Virus record (IMG/VR): IMGVR_UViG_3300042894_006927
Span: 15,790-79,789 of that record
From: a virus
Length of the DNA: 64,000 nt
Strand: one strand, 5' to 3'
Numbering within the stretch: position 1 is the stretch's first letter; the number at the start of each line of letters is the position of its first letter. Below the pieces are notes generated by a model, which saw only the letters and a program-made list of their open reading frames with translations, searched no databases and had not been told where the DNA came from. A program made the translations under genes and the position numbers. Shown here in pieces: positions 28,263 through 37,725 of the stretch.

Positions 28263-29155
28263 GAGGTCGTAAAAAAATAATTGTTGACAAAGCGGAAGAT
28301 GCCACAATTCTTTCAGAACCCGAATTGATGAAGCCAATGGGGGCGACACAATCGCCTTTGCTTGACCCAATTTCTACCGAAGCATCGGGAGAAGGTTCGG
28401 GAAAAGCAAAAATCCTTCAAAATTTAGGGGGGGCTACTTCTGACGACACCTTTGATGAAAACGATGATAATTTTGAAAGTAACCAACCCGAACCGAAAGT
28501 TAGAAGCCAAAAAAAGCAATCGGCAAGTTTTAATTCTGAAAGCGTAATTTCCGACAATAATTTTCCCGAACCACCCGAATCAAATTTTGATGAACCCGAT
28601 GAATTTGATGAAGAATATGAAGAAGGGTCTAACGACCTTCCCGAAGGATATTTAGACAAGGAAATTCCAAAACAAGCGAAATTCATTACCGACCTTGTTA
28701 CTAATTTGCTTGAAACATTGATTTTGCAGAAATACGCTATTGATGTTGATAGCGTGAGGACTTCCTTAATGGAAATTTCCGATATGCAACAACAAGTTCC
28801 GAATGTAATCAAAGGTCTTAATGACTACAATATGGGATTTAAAAATGCCATAGAGTTTACCAAAGATGAAAAGAAACTTATTGTTACGGGATTGGTAAAC
28901 ATTCTGAAAAAATACCCTGCAATTTCAGACAAACTAACGGGGGAAGCACAATTAGGTTTGGCTATTTTAACGATTGGATTGACTAAATTAGGCGTTTTAA
29001 AACAAATGAGAGATAAGGGAACGGAGATTTTAACCAACATAAATGCCACTTTAAATCAGTATCGTGAATTTTACAAAGCCAAAACCGAACAAATGCGTAA
29101 TCAACAAGCCCAAGCAGAGCAAAGCGGAAACGCAAGGGCAGAACAATATGGATAA
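28259..29155 (+). CDS. Hypothetical protein, acidic N-terminus and hydrophobic helix (possible packaging accessory)
   Basis: Immediately upstream of the ATPase; QLGLAILTIGLTKLGVL. Confidence 0.55.
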   Translation: MRGRKKIIVDKAEDATILSEPELMKPMGATQSPLLDPISTEASGEGSGKAKILQNLGGATSDDTFDENDDNFESNQPEPKVRSQKKQSASFNSESVISDNNFPEPPESNFDEPDEFDEEYEEGSNDLPEGYLDKEIPKQAKFITDLVTNLLETLILQKYAIDVDSVRTSLMEISDMQQQVPNVIKGLNDYNMGFKNAIEFTKDEKKLIVTGLVNILKKYPAISDKLTGEAQLGLAILTIGLTKLGVLKQMRDKGTEILTNINATLNQYREFYKAKTEQMRNQQAQAEQSGNARAEQYG

Positions 29156-29165
29156 TCTTTAGGAA

Positions 29166-30080
29166 ATGGCGATACGGAAAAGCAAACCCACAAATGAGCC
29201 GAGTAAAAGGAAATCGGATAGCCGAAGCAACGGCATATCGGTTATTACGGGTATGCAGGGCGTAGGAAAATCATTTAATCTGAACAGCCGAGTAAGGCAG
29301 TACGCCCAATTTCATAAACGCCCCGTAATTGTCTATGATGTAAACGATGAATATGCTGATTATGAAATTGTGCGTTGGTCTGACATTAAAAACCTAAAAG
29401 GCGGTATTGTTCGCAGAGTATTACCCTATAAGCAGAAGCGTAGCGGGAGTAAGGTAAGGGAAATCAAAGCGTTTGACTTGGAAGATTTAAGAAATGGTTT
29501 TTTTTATTTGCTTGAAAACTTTAAAAACGGGTGTTTAGTATTGGATGATTTTAATTCCTACACTATTTCGACACGAAAGACAAACATCCTTTCTACTCTG
29601 ACAAGGGCAAGGCATCACGGGTTGGATATAATTATTGTTTTGCAAGAACTTGGAAAAGTAACCAAAGACCTTTTTGCGAACTCGTCTTATTTCGTAATGC
29701 ACCGACAAAATACTTCGCTTGACATTGAAAGAAAAAAAATAACAAACTTTCCTTTGTTTAAGATTGCAGAGAACATTGTAAATGCTCAATTTCATTTGGT
29801 TGAGAAAATGAATGAAATGGGCAAGTTTTCATTGGAAAGCGAATACAAAATGTATCGTAGTTTTTATGTTGAAATTGATGTAAAGCGAAATAAAATCTAC
29901 GGGTGTACGAGCAGAGAAATGTTCCGAGAAGCAATTAAGAAATACCTTAAAACTTCGGACAAATACCGAGAGGTTTATGAATTTATGGCTGAAAATGATT
30001 TGAGAAAGACGAACAAAGAGGATTTGGATAGGGCTATAAATGAGGTTTCGGGCAGGTATATGGGCTTTTTTGCAGGTTAA
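29166..30080 (+). CDS. Genome-packaging ATPase, A32/FtsK-HerA superfamily
   Basis: ITGMQGVGKS Walker A, IVYDVNDEY, CLVLDD Walker B, ARHHGLDIIIVLQ (Arg finger plus Gln sensor); adjacent to the capsid gene. Confidence 0.8.
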   Translation: MAIRKSKPTNEPSKRKSDSRSNGISVITGMQGVGKSFNLNSRVRQYAQFHKRPVIVYDVNDEYADYEIVRWSDIKNLKGGIVRRVLPYKQKRSGSKVREIKAFDLEDLRNGFFYLLENFKNGCLVLDDFNSYTISTRKTNILSTLTRARHHGLDIIIVLQELGKVTKDLFANSSYFVMHRQNTSLDIERKKITNFPLFKIAENIVNAQFHLVEKMNEMGKFSLESEYKMYRSFYVEIDVKRNKIYGCTSREMFREAIKKYLKTSDKYREVYEFMAENDLRKTNKEDLDRAINEVSGRYMGFFAG

Positions 30081-30227
30081 TAATTGGGTTTTTAAGTTAT
30101 TTATTGTGTATTTGCAAGAAACTTAAAATCAGCAAGTTGCAATATGAATGGGAATGTTATATCATTTAAAATTCCTTTTTAATTCTTTTTCTTAATAATT
30201 GAAATGTTTATTCTACGGAATTGAGTG

Positions 30228-30235
30228 TAAATTTG
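30228..30235 (+). promoter_or_regulatory. Bacteroidota -7 element for the major capsid gene
   Basis: TAAATTTG in the 200-bp AT-rich gap before 30284. Confidence 0.5.
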
Positions 30236-30283
30236 ACTGATAAATCATTTAAACACTCACTTGCGAGGTAAAACAAATCAATT

Positions 30284-31039
30284 ATGAAAAATCGTATCAC
30301 TTCTCTTGAAAATGCTATGGAACGGAATTTCCGTAACTATGGCGGCTATAATGACTTCTCTATGGGTCAGTATGGCGATGGAACATTCCTTAACGCCAAT
30401 GGCGGTGGGGCAGTTCCCGTTTCCCGTTTGAATCCAAACGCACGGCTTTACACTTTGGTAATAACCAATAGTACGGCAAGTACGCAGGATGTTATCATTC
30501 TAAACGCAGGGGATGGCGTACCTCCTACTTCTGCTTCCGTTCCCGCAGGAACATCGGTTACTTTGCAACAAAGTTCTTACAATCGGTTATTGACCGAATC
30601 CCAAAACTCTCCAATGATGGTAGCGGGTTGTAAGGTGTCGGTAAAAGATGCAAGTCAATTCAGTAATGTTTGGACTTTGGCATACCTAAATGCCGCAGGT
30701 TTGTTGCAACAAGCAACTCTTTCGCCTTTGGCGTTCCGTTCTTCTCTGCAAAACTTGGCAACGCAGATTGACCTTTCCGAAGATGATTTCCAATATGTTA
30801 TCAACCAAGATAGCCGTTGGACAATCCCCGTGAATGGCACTTCTTCCGTTTCGGGTGGAGAGAGCATCACGCTGAACTTGTTTGTTAAATCGCAAATCCA
30901 ACCTACCCGCATTTTGCAAGGGCAGAGCAATGTTTCGATTAGCAATCAAGGCGTTCCTTCGGGTTTGCCTACCCAAAAACTTGAAGTGGTGAATCGCACC
31001 ATTGCGGGGGGTATGAATGGCGGAATGTCCGTAATGTAA
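30284..31039 (+). CDS. Putative major capsid protein (candidate single jelly-roll)
   Basis: Beta-strand-rich, low-charge 251-aa protein after the packaging ATPase; has its own promoter element and a strong terminator; paralog at 27304. Confidence 0.65.
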   Translation: MKNRITSLENAMERNFRNYGGYNDFSMGQYGDGTFLNANGGGAVPVSRLNPNARLYTLVITNSTASTQDVIILNAGDGVPPTSASVPAGTSVTLQQSSYNRLLTESQNSPMMVAGCKVSVKDASQFSNVWTLAYLNAAGLLQQATLSPLAFRSSLQNLATQIDLSEDDFQYVINQDSRWTIPVNGTSSVSGGESITLNLFVKSQIQPTRILQGQSNVSISNQGVPSGLPTQKLEVVNRTIAGGMNGGMSVM

Positions 31040-31066
31040 ATTGCTCAATGGAGTAATGTCCATAAC

Positions 31067-31104
31067 AAAAGGGGGCGGGGTACTTTTGCCCCGCCTTTTT
31101 TTTT
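31067..31104 (+). terminator. Rho-independent terminator after the capsid gene
   Basis: GGCGGGGTA-CTTT-TGCCCCGCC stem followed by T9. Confidence 0.85.
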
Positions 31105-31119
31105 ACTAAAAAGAATTTT

Positions 31120-31641
31120 ATGCAACCAACATTAGTCGGCACTATTATTCAGCAAAACTTTTCGGGTGTTCAGCAACTTGCTCAAAAAATGGGCTATCCC
31201 GTTCCGCAAACGCCCCAAGAAGCACAAACTTTTTTCGTAAACCTTCGTGATAACGAAGCACCACAAGATTTTGCCCGATATGTTATGTCGGTTCATCCGA
31301 ATTGGCAACTCTTTGGAAAAAACATTTGCAACACTATGTTGCTAAACAATAATTCTCAACCTATGCAATACCGAAACGCTTGTTGCGGGTTTGTAAATGC
31401 CGATGGTAGCCAAAACGGAAATGGCAACGGAAACGGAAACGGAAACGGCAATGGAAACCAAATGCAAAATAACCAACAAACCAACCAACAAATTGAAATC
31501 CCGCAAGAATTTAGGCAGGGATTTGATTTTCTTTCACAAAGAATTGGTGAAATTGCAAGTACCCGAAATCAGAATCAGATTATTCAATACGGACTTGTTT
31601 TCGTAGTCGGATTGGTAGCGGGAAAGGTATTGTTCAAATAA
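31120..31641 (+). CDS. Tail-anchored virion membrane protein
   Basis: YRNACCG and FVNADG motifs, (GN)n linker, C-terminal TM. Confidence 0.7.
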   Translation: MQPTLVGTIIQQNFSGVQQLAQKMGYPVPQTPQEAQTFFVNLRDNEAPQDFARYVMSVHPNWQLFGKNICNTMLLNNNSQPMQYRNACCGFVNADGSQNGNGNGNGNGNGNGNQMQNNQQTNQQIEIPQEFRQGFDFLSQRIGEIASTRNQNQIIQYGLVFVVGLVAGKVLFK

Positions 31642-31650
31642 AAAAATTTT

Positions 31651-32139
31651 ATGCTTGAATATCGAAATAACAACGGAAAAGTAGGCGGTAAAATACTTGC
31701 TGAACAAGTTATGTTTAATCGTTCAAAAATGAACGAATTGATGGCTCGTTTTGGCTACAATACCGAAAATTTAAGCGATTATCAACTCGTTTCCCTTATG
31801 GGCGATTTGTCGTTTAAAAACAAGCAATTTGTTCCAACACTTGCAACCTACATAAACACTAATTTTAGGGGTTTTGTGGGGGAAATTGTAGCGGGAATTG
31901 GCGGTTTAGTAACTGCACTTGATGATGCTTTTAAAACATCAGATGATGAAACTCGGCAAACCCAAGCCCAAGCAGAATTAGAAAGGGCAAAAGCAGATGC
32001 CGAACAAGCGAAAGCAGATTCGGAACGGGCTTCTTCATCCGCAAAAATGTGGACTTATATTGGCGTTTCCGCAGTCGTTGTTATCGGTGTTGTAGCGGGT
32101 GTAATTCTTTATCGTAGAAGGTCTAAAAAATCGGTGTAA
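31651..32139 (+). CDS. Tail-anchored virion membrane protein
   Basis: Coiled coil, C-terminal TM plus RRRSKK. Confidence 0.7.
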   Translation: MLEYRNNNGKVGGKILAEQVMFNRSKMNELMARFGYNTENLSDYQLVSLMGDLSFKNKQFVPTLATYINTNFRGFVGEIVAGIGGLVTALDDAFKTSDDETRQTQAQAELERAKADAEQAKADSERASSSAKMWTYIGVSAVVVIGVVAGVILYRRRSKKSV

Positions 32140-33737
32140 TGGCTATTGACAAAGTTAAATATCCTTTTTCCGCAAAACTTGTGGAAATTATTGGTATGCA
32201 AAATGACTTTGCAAATCCTTGTCAAATTGATTTAACTGCCGATATTGCTTTAGCCAAAAAAGTATTAGAGCAGCCATCGGTAGGACTTGATTGGGGCAAA
32301 TCTTATTTTTTGTATAAATTGGGAAGTAATGCAAAAGGAGTTGATACCTTAACGGGCATACAAAAAATAACGATGCCCTCAAAGCCAACGAACAAAACGC
32401 CCGACCAAATTAGTGCCGTTTTAAACGCAATAAAAGTAAATGCAGATGATACTGCGAAAAGGTTTGGAAGCCCCGAACTTTTTGAACTTTTTACTAAAAT
32501 TTTTTACGATGAAATAACCAACGAGTGCCGAGAGCATCAAAGAAACCACGAAATTTGGACACCCATTTTAGGTGCGGATTATGTAATTCAATTTACCGAC
32601 CCGCTTTTAAAACAACGAGGGGCAACCATTGAAAGCGTTTCACCTGCAATTCGTGAGCAAATTCGCCCCGTTTTCCTAAACTTTGAAAATTCTCTACGGC
32701 ACTTAACCGCTTTAGAAAAAAAGGCGGATTATTTGGAACAAGACATTCAAACATACAATACTTGGATAAGCGAAATTGAAGAATTAACAAGGGATAATTC
32801 AAGCGATAAACTTTCTTTGGCTTTGCGTAAATATGGTTCAAGTTGTACGCCTATTTTGGCAAGAAGAAATGGCATTTTAGAGCAGGGCAGTATGGAAGCC
32901 TACCCAAGATGGGGGGGCAATAAGAATTGGTCGCAAGGTTGGCATTGTATTTTAGAGAAAGGTATGCCTAAATATAGGGCTACACATCCCGAAGCAGTTG
33001 CAGACCCGTTAGGTCAAGCACAATTTAGGGGCGACCAAATAAACGCTTTAAGCCTTCGTTTAGCGGCTTTTAAGAGTGAAAGAGCAAGGTTTAAAGTATT
33101 GCTCAAAAATGTAATTGATACTGAAATCCCGAACCAAAAAAAGGTTGTTGCGGAAAAGACAAAATTGTGGAATGACCAACAAAAGGTAATTGTAACTTTT
33201 TTAAATGGAATTGCCGATGCCGCAAGAATAGAGGCAGAAGCCGCAAATCTCCCCGCAATAATTGAAGCCCAAAGACAAGCAAAGATATTAGAAGAAGAAA
33301 CCAAGCGGCAACTTGCTTTAATTGCCGCAAAGGAAGCAAGAGAGAAAAGAACACAATCTTTGCTTATTGGCGGTGGCGTAGCAGCAGTTGGTGTGGCATA
33401 TTTTAGTACGAGGGGTGCAGGTGGTGGAAGCCGACTTGGAAACATTGCCGTAGGTGCATTGATGTTAGGCGGTTTAGGGTATGGAATTTATACATATATG
33501 AAAGCCCCCAAAGAAGTTGAGGAATTACCTACTAACGACCAACAAGCAACAATAAGTGCCAACGCTTTAGCGAGTTTGACAAGAAAAAATGCAATGTATT
33601 TTGGTAAAGTTTATGTAAACGAGAAAAGGCAATGTAGTGGCAGAATGACACTTGAACAACAAAGGGCGTGTGAATCCCAATTTACTGCGTTTTCGAGTTT
33701 TATGGGTATGCCAATGGGTTCAACGGGAAATTCTTAA
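32139..33737 (+). CDS. Coiled-coil membrane protein with two TM segments
   Basis: Long helical region; LLIGGGVAAVGVAYF and IAVGALMLGGLGYGIY. Confidence 0.7.
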   Translation: MAIDKVKYPFSAKLVEIIGMQNDFANPCQIDLTADIALAKKVLEQPSVGLDWGKSYFLYKLGSNAKGVDTLTGIQKITMPSKPTNKTPDQISAVLNAIKVNADDTAKRFGSPELFELFTKIFYDEITNECREHQRNHEIWTPILGADYVIQFTDPLLKQRGATIESVSPAIREQIRPVFLNFENSLRHLTALEKKADYLEQDIQTYNTWISEIEELTRDNSSDKLSLALRKYGSSCTPILARRNGILEQGSMEAYPRWGGNKNWSQGWHCILEKGMPKYRATHPEAVADPLGQAQFRGDQINALSLRLAAFKSERARFKVLLKNVIDTEIPNQKKVVAEKTKLWNDQQKVIVTFLNGIADAARIEAEAANLPAIIEAQRQAKILEEETKRQLALIAAKEAREKRTQSLLIGGGVAAVGVAYFSTRGAGGGSRLGNIAVGALMLGGLGYGIYTYMKAPKEVEELPTNDQQATISANALASLTRKNAMYFGKVYVNEKRQCSGRMTLEQQRACESQFTAFSSFMGMPMGSTGNS

Positions 33738-33750
33738 ATTTGAATAAAAT

Positions 33751-34731
33751 ATGCTACCAAATTACGAAATACAAATTGTGCCAAGTGGAATGACAATCTA
33801 CAATCCACCTATGTCGGATGATGCGTTTAATCCCGCCATTGGCAACATAAGCGACTATAATAAAGCAGCAAAAGAAATTTGTATAGGTGAAGGAAAATTG
33901 GCACAAAACAAACGAGATTACACGGCTTATGCGTTGCAATTAGCAAACAAAAGAGATAATGTAAGCGGTTGGAATGAGGTAATAAACGGCTTGGAAGGTG
34001 CTAAAAAAACCGATGGTTGCGAATGGGGTGCAAAGCGTGGAAGGGTTGCGGAGGTAATTCGGGTTTTAAAGCGTGAAAAAAGTGAATGGGAAAAAGCCAA
34101 AGCGGGAATTGGAACGCCCGTAGTTAGTAGTGTTGATGGTAAAACACAATTAACCGCCCCGAATTGGAATCCTACAACAGCAAATTGGGAAGCGATAGCA
34201 AAAGATTTAGGCGACAAGTTATTATCAAAGCAAGAACTTGTTTCAATCCTAAAATCAAAAATTTCTATTGAATTAGCCAAAGGAAATAACGCAGGGATAA
34301 TTTTGGCACAAAAAATTTACGATGGCTCAATAAACGGACTTGAAATAAATAAAAAGGCAGTTGCTTGGGGTGTAAAAAGGACAAGAGTAAATGCCGCTAT
34401 TCGTTTAATTAAAAGTACAATTCGCAGACCCGAAACTCTTGTAGATATTGTTTCGGGGCAACCCGTAAAAATTGATACGCCCTCTTTGGAAGATTTGGCA
34501 AAAGAAACTTCCGAAACCGAAAAAAACTTTTTTGATAAAATCGGTGATTTTTTCGGCATTTCTCCCGATGATGAAGCGGGTGATGTAACGGGTGGCAACA
34601 TTAACGGAAGCGGAGAAGGTGATAAACCAAATTACACGCCTCTTTTAGCGGGGGGCGGGGTTGTGGTAGCAATTATTTTAGTTGGTGTTTTAGTAAGTGC
34701 CGCAAACAAAGGAGTAAAACCAAAATCATAA
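33751..34731 (+). CDS. Tail-anchored membrane protein
   Basis: Internal duplicated motif (WGAKRGRV/WGVKRTRV); C-terminal TM. Confidence 0.7.
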   Translation: MLPNYEIQIVPSGMTIYNPPMSDDAFNPAIGNISDYNKAAKEICIGEGKLAQNKRDYTAYALQLANKRDNVSGWNEVINGLEGAKKTDGCEWGAKRGRVAEVIRVLKREKSEWEKAKAGIGTPVVSSVDGKTQLTAPNWNPTTANWEAIAKDLGDKLLSKQELVSILKSKISIELAKGNNAGIILAQKIYDGSINGLEINKKAVAWGVKRTRVNAAIRLIKSTIRRPETLVDIVSGQPVKIDTPSLEDLAKETSETEKNFFDKIGDFFGISPDDEAGDVTGGNINGSGEGDKPNYTPLLAGGGVVVAIILVGVLVSAANKGVKPKS

Positions 34732-35033
34732 TGAGAATAACAAACTATTCCGTTCCAAACGACGAACAAATGCGAGAAATTGAAGGTCGGTATTTTATTC
34801 CCCAAGAGATTGTTGACCAAGTGGCTTATGCGGTTAATAAGGGCAAAGAAATTGTTGAAAATGTAACTACGCCAACAAACGGAAATCAAGGTGGCGGTGC
34901 AAACAATGGAAATCAGCAGAAAAATGGCGGTACAAACATTGGAAAACCATTGCTTTATACGGGTGGTGCTATTGTTTTAGGACTTGCCGTTTATTTTGGT
35001 TACAAGTATTACACAAAAACCCTTAAAAAATGA
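34731..35033 (+). CDS. Small tail-anchored membrane protein
   Basis: C-terminal TM plus KYYTKTLKK. Confidence 0.7.
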   Translation: MRITNYSVPNDEQMREIEGRYFIPQEIVDQVAYAVNKGKEIVENVTTPTNGNQGGGANNGNQQKNGGTNIGKPLLYTGGAIVLGLAVYFGYKYYTKTLKK

Positions 35034-35206
35034 GAACATTAGACGACATTGAGCAAAAAAGTGATAAAAAAACATTGTCTGATAAAGTGAAAAATTTACC
35101 AACGAGTACAAAAATTGCGGTTGCCGTAGTTGTTTTAGGCGGTATGTTTTTTGCGTATCGAAAATTCTTTGTAAAAAAAGCAGAACCGAACATTATTGTT
35201 GACTAA
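35030..35206 (+). CDS. Small membrane protein (58 aa, not in the ORF track)
   Basis: MRTLDDIEQK..KIAVAVVVLGGMFFAYRKFF..VD*; coupled to both neighbours (ATGA, TAATG). Confidence 0.7.
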   Translation: MRTLDDIEQKSDKKTLSDKVKNLPTSTKIAVAVVVLGGMFFAYRKFFVKKAEPNIIVD

Positions 35207-36003
35207 TGGAGAACAAACTGCGGTATAGTTTGAATGTAAATTCGCCCTTTAAGGTGTTTCTTGACTTGCAAGTTAAGAAAGCACCCGTGCGAGTATTTAT
35301 CCGCATTTTTAATCCAAATTTGCCAAATACATTTGCTTATTCACGAAAGCAAGATTTTGAAGTTCCAACATCGTTCAATTACAAAATCGGAGTTCCCGAT
35401 TTTATTCCCCCGCTTGTTTTGGAAGTTTATACTGACAAAAATGAACCCGCTTCTGATTATGTAACTGCAAAATTTAGGGTTGAGGAAACGGGAAGCACAA
35501 TTAAGAGAATCCCGATGAAGCATAGGAACGCAATTAAATTTCTGCGTGAATTTTCTTTAAAGGCAGGTTTTTTAGAGCCGAACAAAACATATTCAAACGG
35601 GAAGATTCAAATTAACTATTTGCCCTACATTACTTATGAAAATGGGCAGATGCACACTACCCCCGCAAGGATTCATAAAACGGAAAATTATATTGAGGTA
35701 AGCAAGTTCCATTTTGATAGGATGCCAACACCCCGAAGAAATGCAATTCTTTTCCACGAATTATCACATAATTTTATTTCCCGAAATCCAAATTCAGAAG
35801 AAGAAGCAGACGACCATAGTGCCGACCTTTATTCTTTATCGGGGCTTCCGCCAAGCGAGTTCATTTATGGCTTTTCAACCATATTTAGGCAACACAATCC
35901 AAAAGAGTTTGCCAATATGATGAAAGACCCTAACTATCAAAAATTACATTCAATGCAAGTAAACCGATTGCGTAGAATGATTAACAAAATGTCAAACAAA
36001 TAA
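35206..36003 (+). CDS. Zincin-like metalloprotease in the virion module (candidate maturation protease)
   Basis: ILFHELSH (HExxH) followed by EEEADD (third-ligand Glu). Confidence 0.65.
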   Translation: MENKLRYSLNVNSPFKVFLDLQVKKAPVRVFIRIFNPNLPNTFAYSRKQDFEVPTSFNYKIGVPDFIPPLVLEVYTDKNEPASDYVTAKFRVEETGSTIKRIPMKHRNAIKFLREFSLKAGFLEPNKTYSNGKIQINYLPYITYENGQMHTTPARIHKTENYIEVSKFHFDRMPTPRRNAILFHELSHNFISRNPNSEEEADDHSADLYSLSGLPPSEFIYGFSTIFRQHNPKEFANMMKDPNYQKLHSMQVNRLRRMINKMSNK

Positions 36004-36005
36004 TT

Positions 36006-36713
36006 ATGGGATATTTACCATCTTTTAGACCTACTGAAATTTTTGTAACCCCAAGACAAGAGGGGGTTTTTGGAATTTCCCAAGATTCTTTTATGCAGTT
36101 TGCACAATCAACACAAGTTGGCGGAAGCGGTGGCGTTCAAACACCAAGTCAGCCGAGTAGTGGTGGTGGCGGTGGTGGAAGCGGCATACAAATGGGCGAC
36201 CAAGTTGGCATAAATCCCAATGATAATAGTGGTAGTGTAAATCCGCCCCCGCCAAGCACCCCGCCAACAAACTTTTGTCCTACAACATATTTCCCCGTTT
36301 GTGCCAATGGGCAAACTTTTGGAAATGCTTGTGAAGCAGAAAACGCAGGTTTTACTCAATACACACAAGGAGAGTGTGCCACAAATGGCAATGGCGGTGG
36401 CGATAACGGAAATGGCGGTGGAAATCAGCCCGTTTATGACCCCGAAACGGGTTGTATTATTCAAGGGTTTGATAATTTAGGCAATCCTATCTACATTGAC
36501 CAAAACGGGAATCCATCTTTAAATCCCGAAGGTTGTCAAATAAGCCCCGATTTTAATAGCGGTGGCGGTGGCGGTGGCGACAACGGGAATGGTGGCGGTG
36601 GCGGTGGAACAATTCCCGATGATGAAAAAATTATTGCTTTCGTAAAGAAAAATTGGATGTATTTACTTGCCGTAACTGCGGGAATTTATTTACTCACAAA
36701 TAAATCGAATTAA
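36006..36713 (+). CDS. Gly-rich membrane protein with Kazal-type domain
   Basis: CPTTYFPVCANGQTFGNACEA..GEC; C-terminal TM. Confidence 0.7.
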   Translation: MGYLPSFRPTEIFVTPRQEGVFGISQDSFMQFAQSTQVGGSGGVQTPSQPSSGGGGGGSGIQMGDQVGINPNDNSGSVNPPPPSTPPTNFCPTTYFPVCANGQTFGNACEAENAGFTQYTQGECATNGNGGGDNGNGGGNQPVYDPETGCIIQGFDNLGNPIYIDQNGNPSLNPEGCQISPDFNSGGGGGGDNGNGGGGGGTIPDDEKIIAFVKKNWMYLLAVTAGIYLLTNKSN

Positions 36714-36787
36714 AAAGCAATTAAAAATCAATAATAATTCAAAAAAAAACCTTTACTTTTAATCTCTAACAACAAAAACAAAACGCT

Positions 36788-36997
36788 ATGTTTGAAAATT
36801 TGAAAACTGAAAACTACATTGGTGGAATATCGGGTGGGTTAGTAGCCTACTACGGAATCCGTAAATTTCGCCCAAACACAAATGTTTACCTTCATTGGGG
36901 GGCTACTGCTTTAGCCGTATGGGTCGGTTCAAAGTATGTTGCACCACAAGTTGCCAAACTTTTTCAAGGTGGCGAAGAAGTCGCCCCCGTTGAGTAA
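36788..36997 (+). CDS. Small two-TM membrane protein
   Basis: Gly-rich hydrophobic helices. Confidence 0.65.
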   Translation: MFENLKTENYIGGISGGLVAYYGIRKFRPNTNVYLHWGATALAVWVGSKYVAPQVAKLFQGGEEVAPVE

Positions 36998-37212
36998 TGG
37001 CAAGACAAGTTAAAAATACCGAGTATGCGGCAGGTTTGCCGTATGCCCCTAAATATGCGGTTTCGGGAAGGATAGTGGTTGCCAACGGCAATTACACTTC
37101 CTTCCGAAACTTTGCGGAAACGGGGCAAAAAGCGACAAAAATTTCCCTTATTGGGAAAATAGCCGTTGCAGGTATTTTGACATACTTACTTTATCAATTA
37201 ACAAAAAATTAG
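36997..37212 (+). CDS. Small tail-anchored membrane protein
   Basis: FRNFAETG motif then TM. Confidence 0.65.
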   Translation: MARQVKNTEYAAGLPYAPKYAVSGRIVVANGNYTSFRNFAETGQKATKISLIGKIAVAGILTYLLYQLTKN

Positions 37213-37217
37213 AAAAA

Positions 37218-37691
37218 ATGGCACGACCAAAAAAAACACAATCATTTGGGGCTGAACTTGCCGCAGGTTTGAAAAAAATTATGGGTGGCGAAAAACAAGC
37301 CGAAAAACCAAAGGCGAAATCCCCCGCAAAGGCAAAATCCCCTGCAAAGGCAAAATCCCCTGCAAAGGCAAAATCCCCTAAAGTATCTTTAAAAGCCAAA
37401 GTGAAGCCAAGAGATTTGAACCGAGTTGAAAAAAAGGGTAAAATCGCTAAATTTTTAAGTGCAAAAGGCACTAAAAAACAAACTGCACGGGGTAAAAAGC
37501 AAGACAACAAATTCATTGCTCTACCCGCAGGAAAAAGGATTGCAACAAAAGTGGCTACCATTACTAAAGCGGATGGAACTGCATTTACACGCAGAAACCC
37601 AAATGCAACCGAAGGGAAAATTTATTCCGAAAAGCGTAAAAACCGAGCCGATGTATTCGGAAAGGTTGCTCGTATGGGCGGTAGAATGTAA
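37218..37691 (+). CDS. Histone H1-like basic DNA-binding protein
   Basis: (KAKSPA)x4 repeat, very Lys-rich; ends VARMGGRM. Confidence 0.65.
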   Translation: MARPKKTQSFGAELAAGLKKIMGGEKQAEKPKAKSPAKAKSPAKAKSPAKAKSPKVSLKAKVKPRDLNRVEKKGKIAKFLSAKGTKKQTARGKKQDNKFIALPAGKRIATKVATITKADGTAFTRRNPNATEGKIYSEKRKNRADVFGKVARMGGRM

Positions 37692-37725
37692 TTGTATTAA
37701 AAATTAAAAATTTAATTTAAGAATT

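Noticed and set aside
29166-30080. Terminase large subunit or conjugative VirB4/TraD call
   Set aside because: No nuclease domain, only 304 aa, has the RH..Q signature of A32-like ATPases, and no T4SS genes are present
32139-33737. Tail tape-measure protein
   Set aside because: Coiled-coil with TMs, but no tail tube, terminator or baseplate genes nearby
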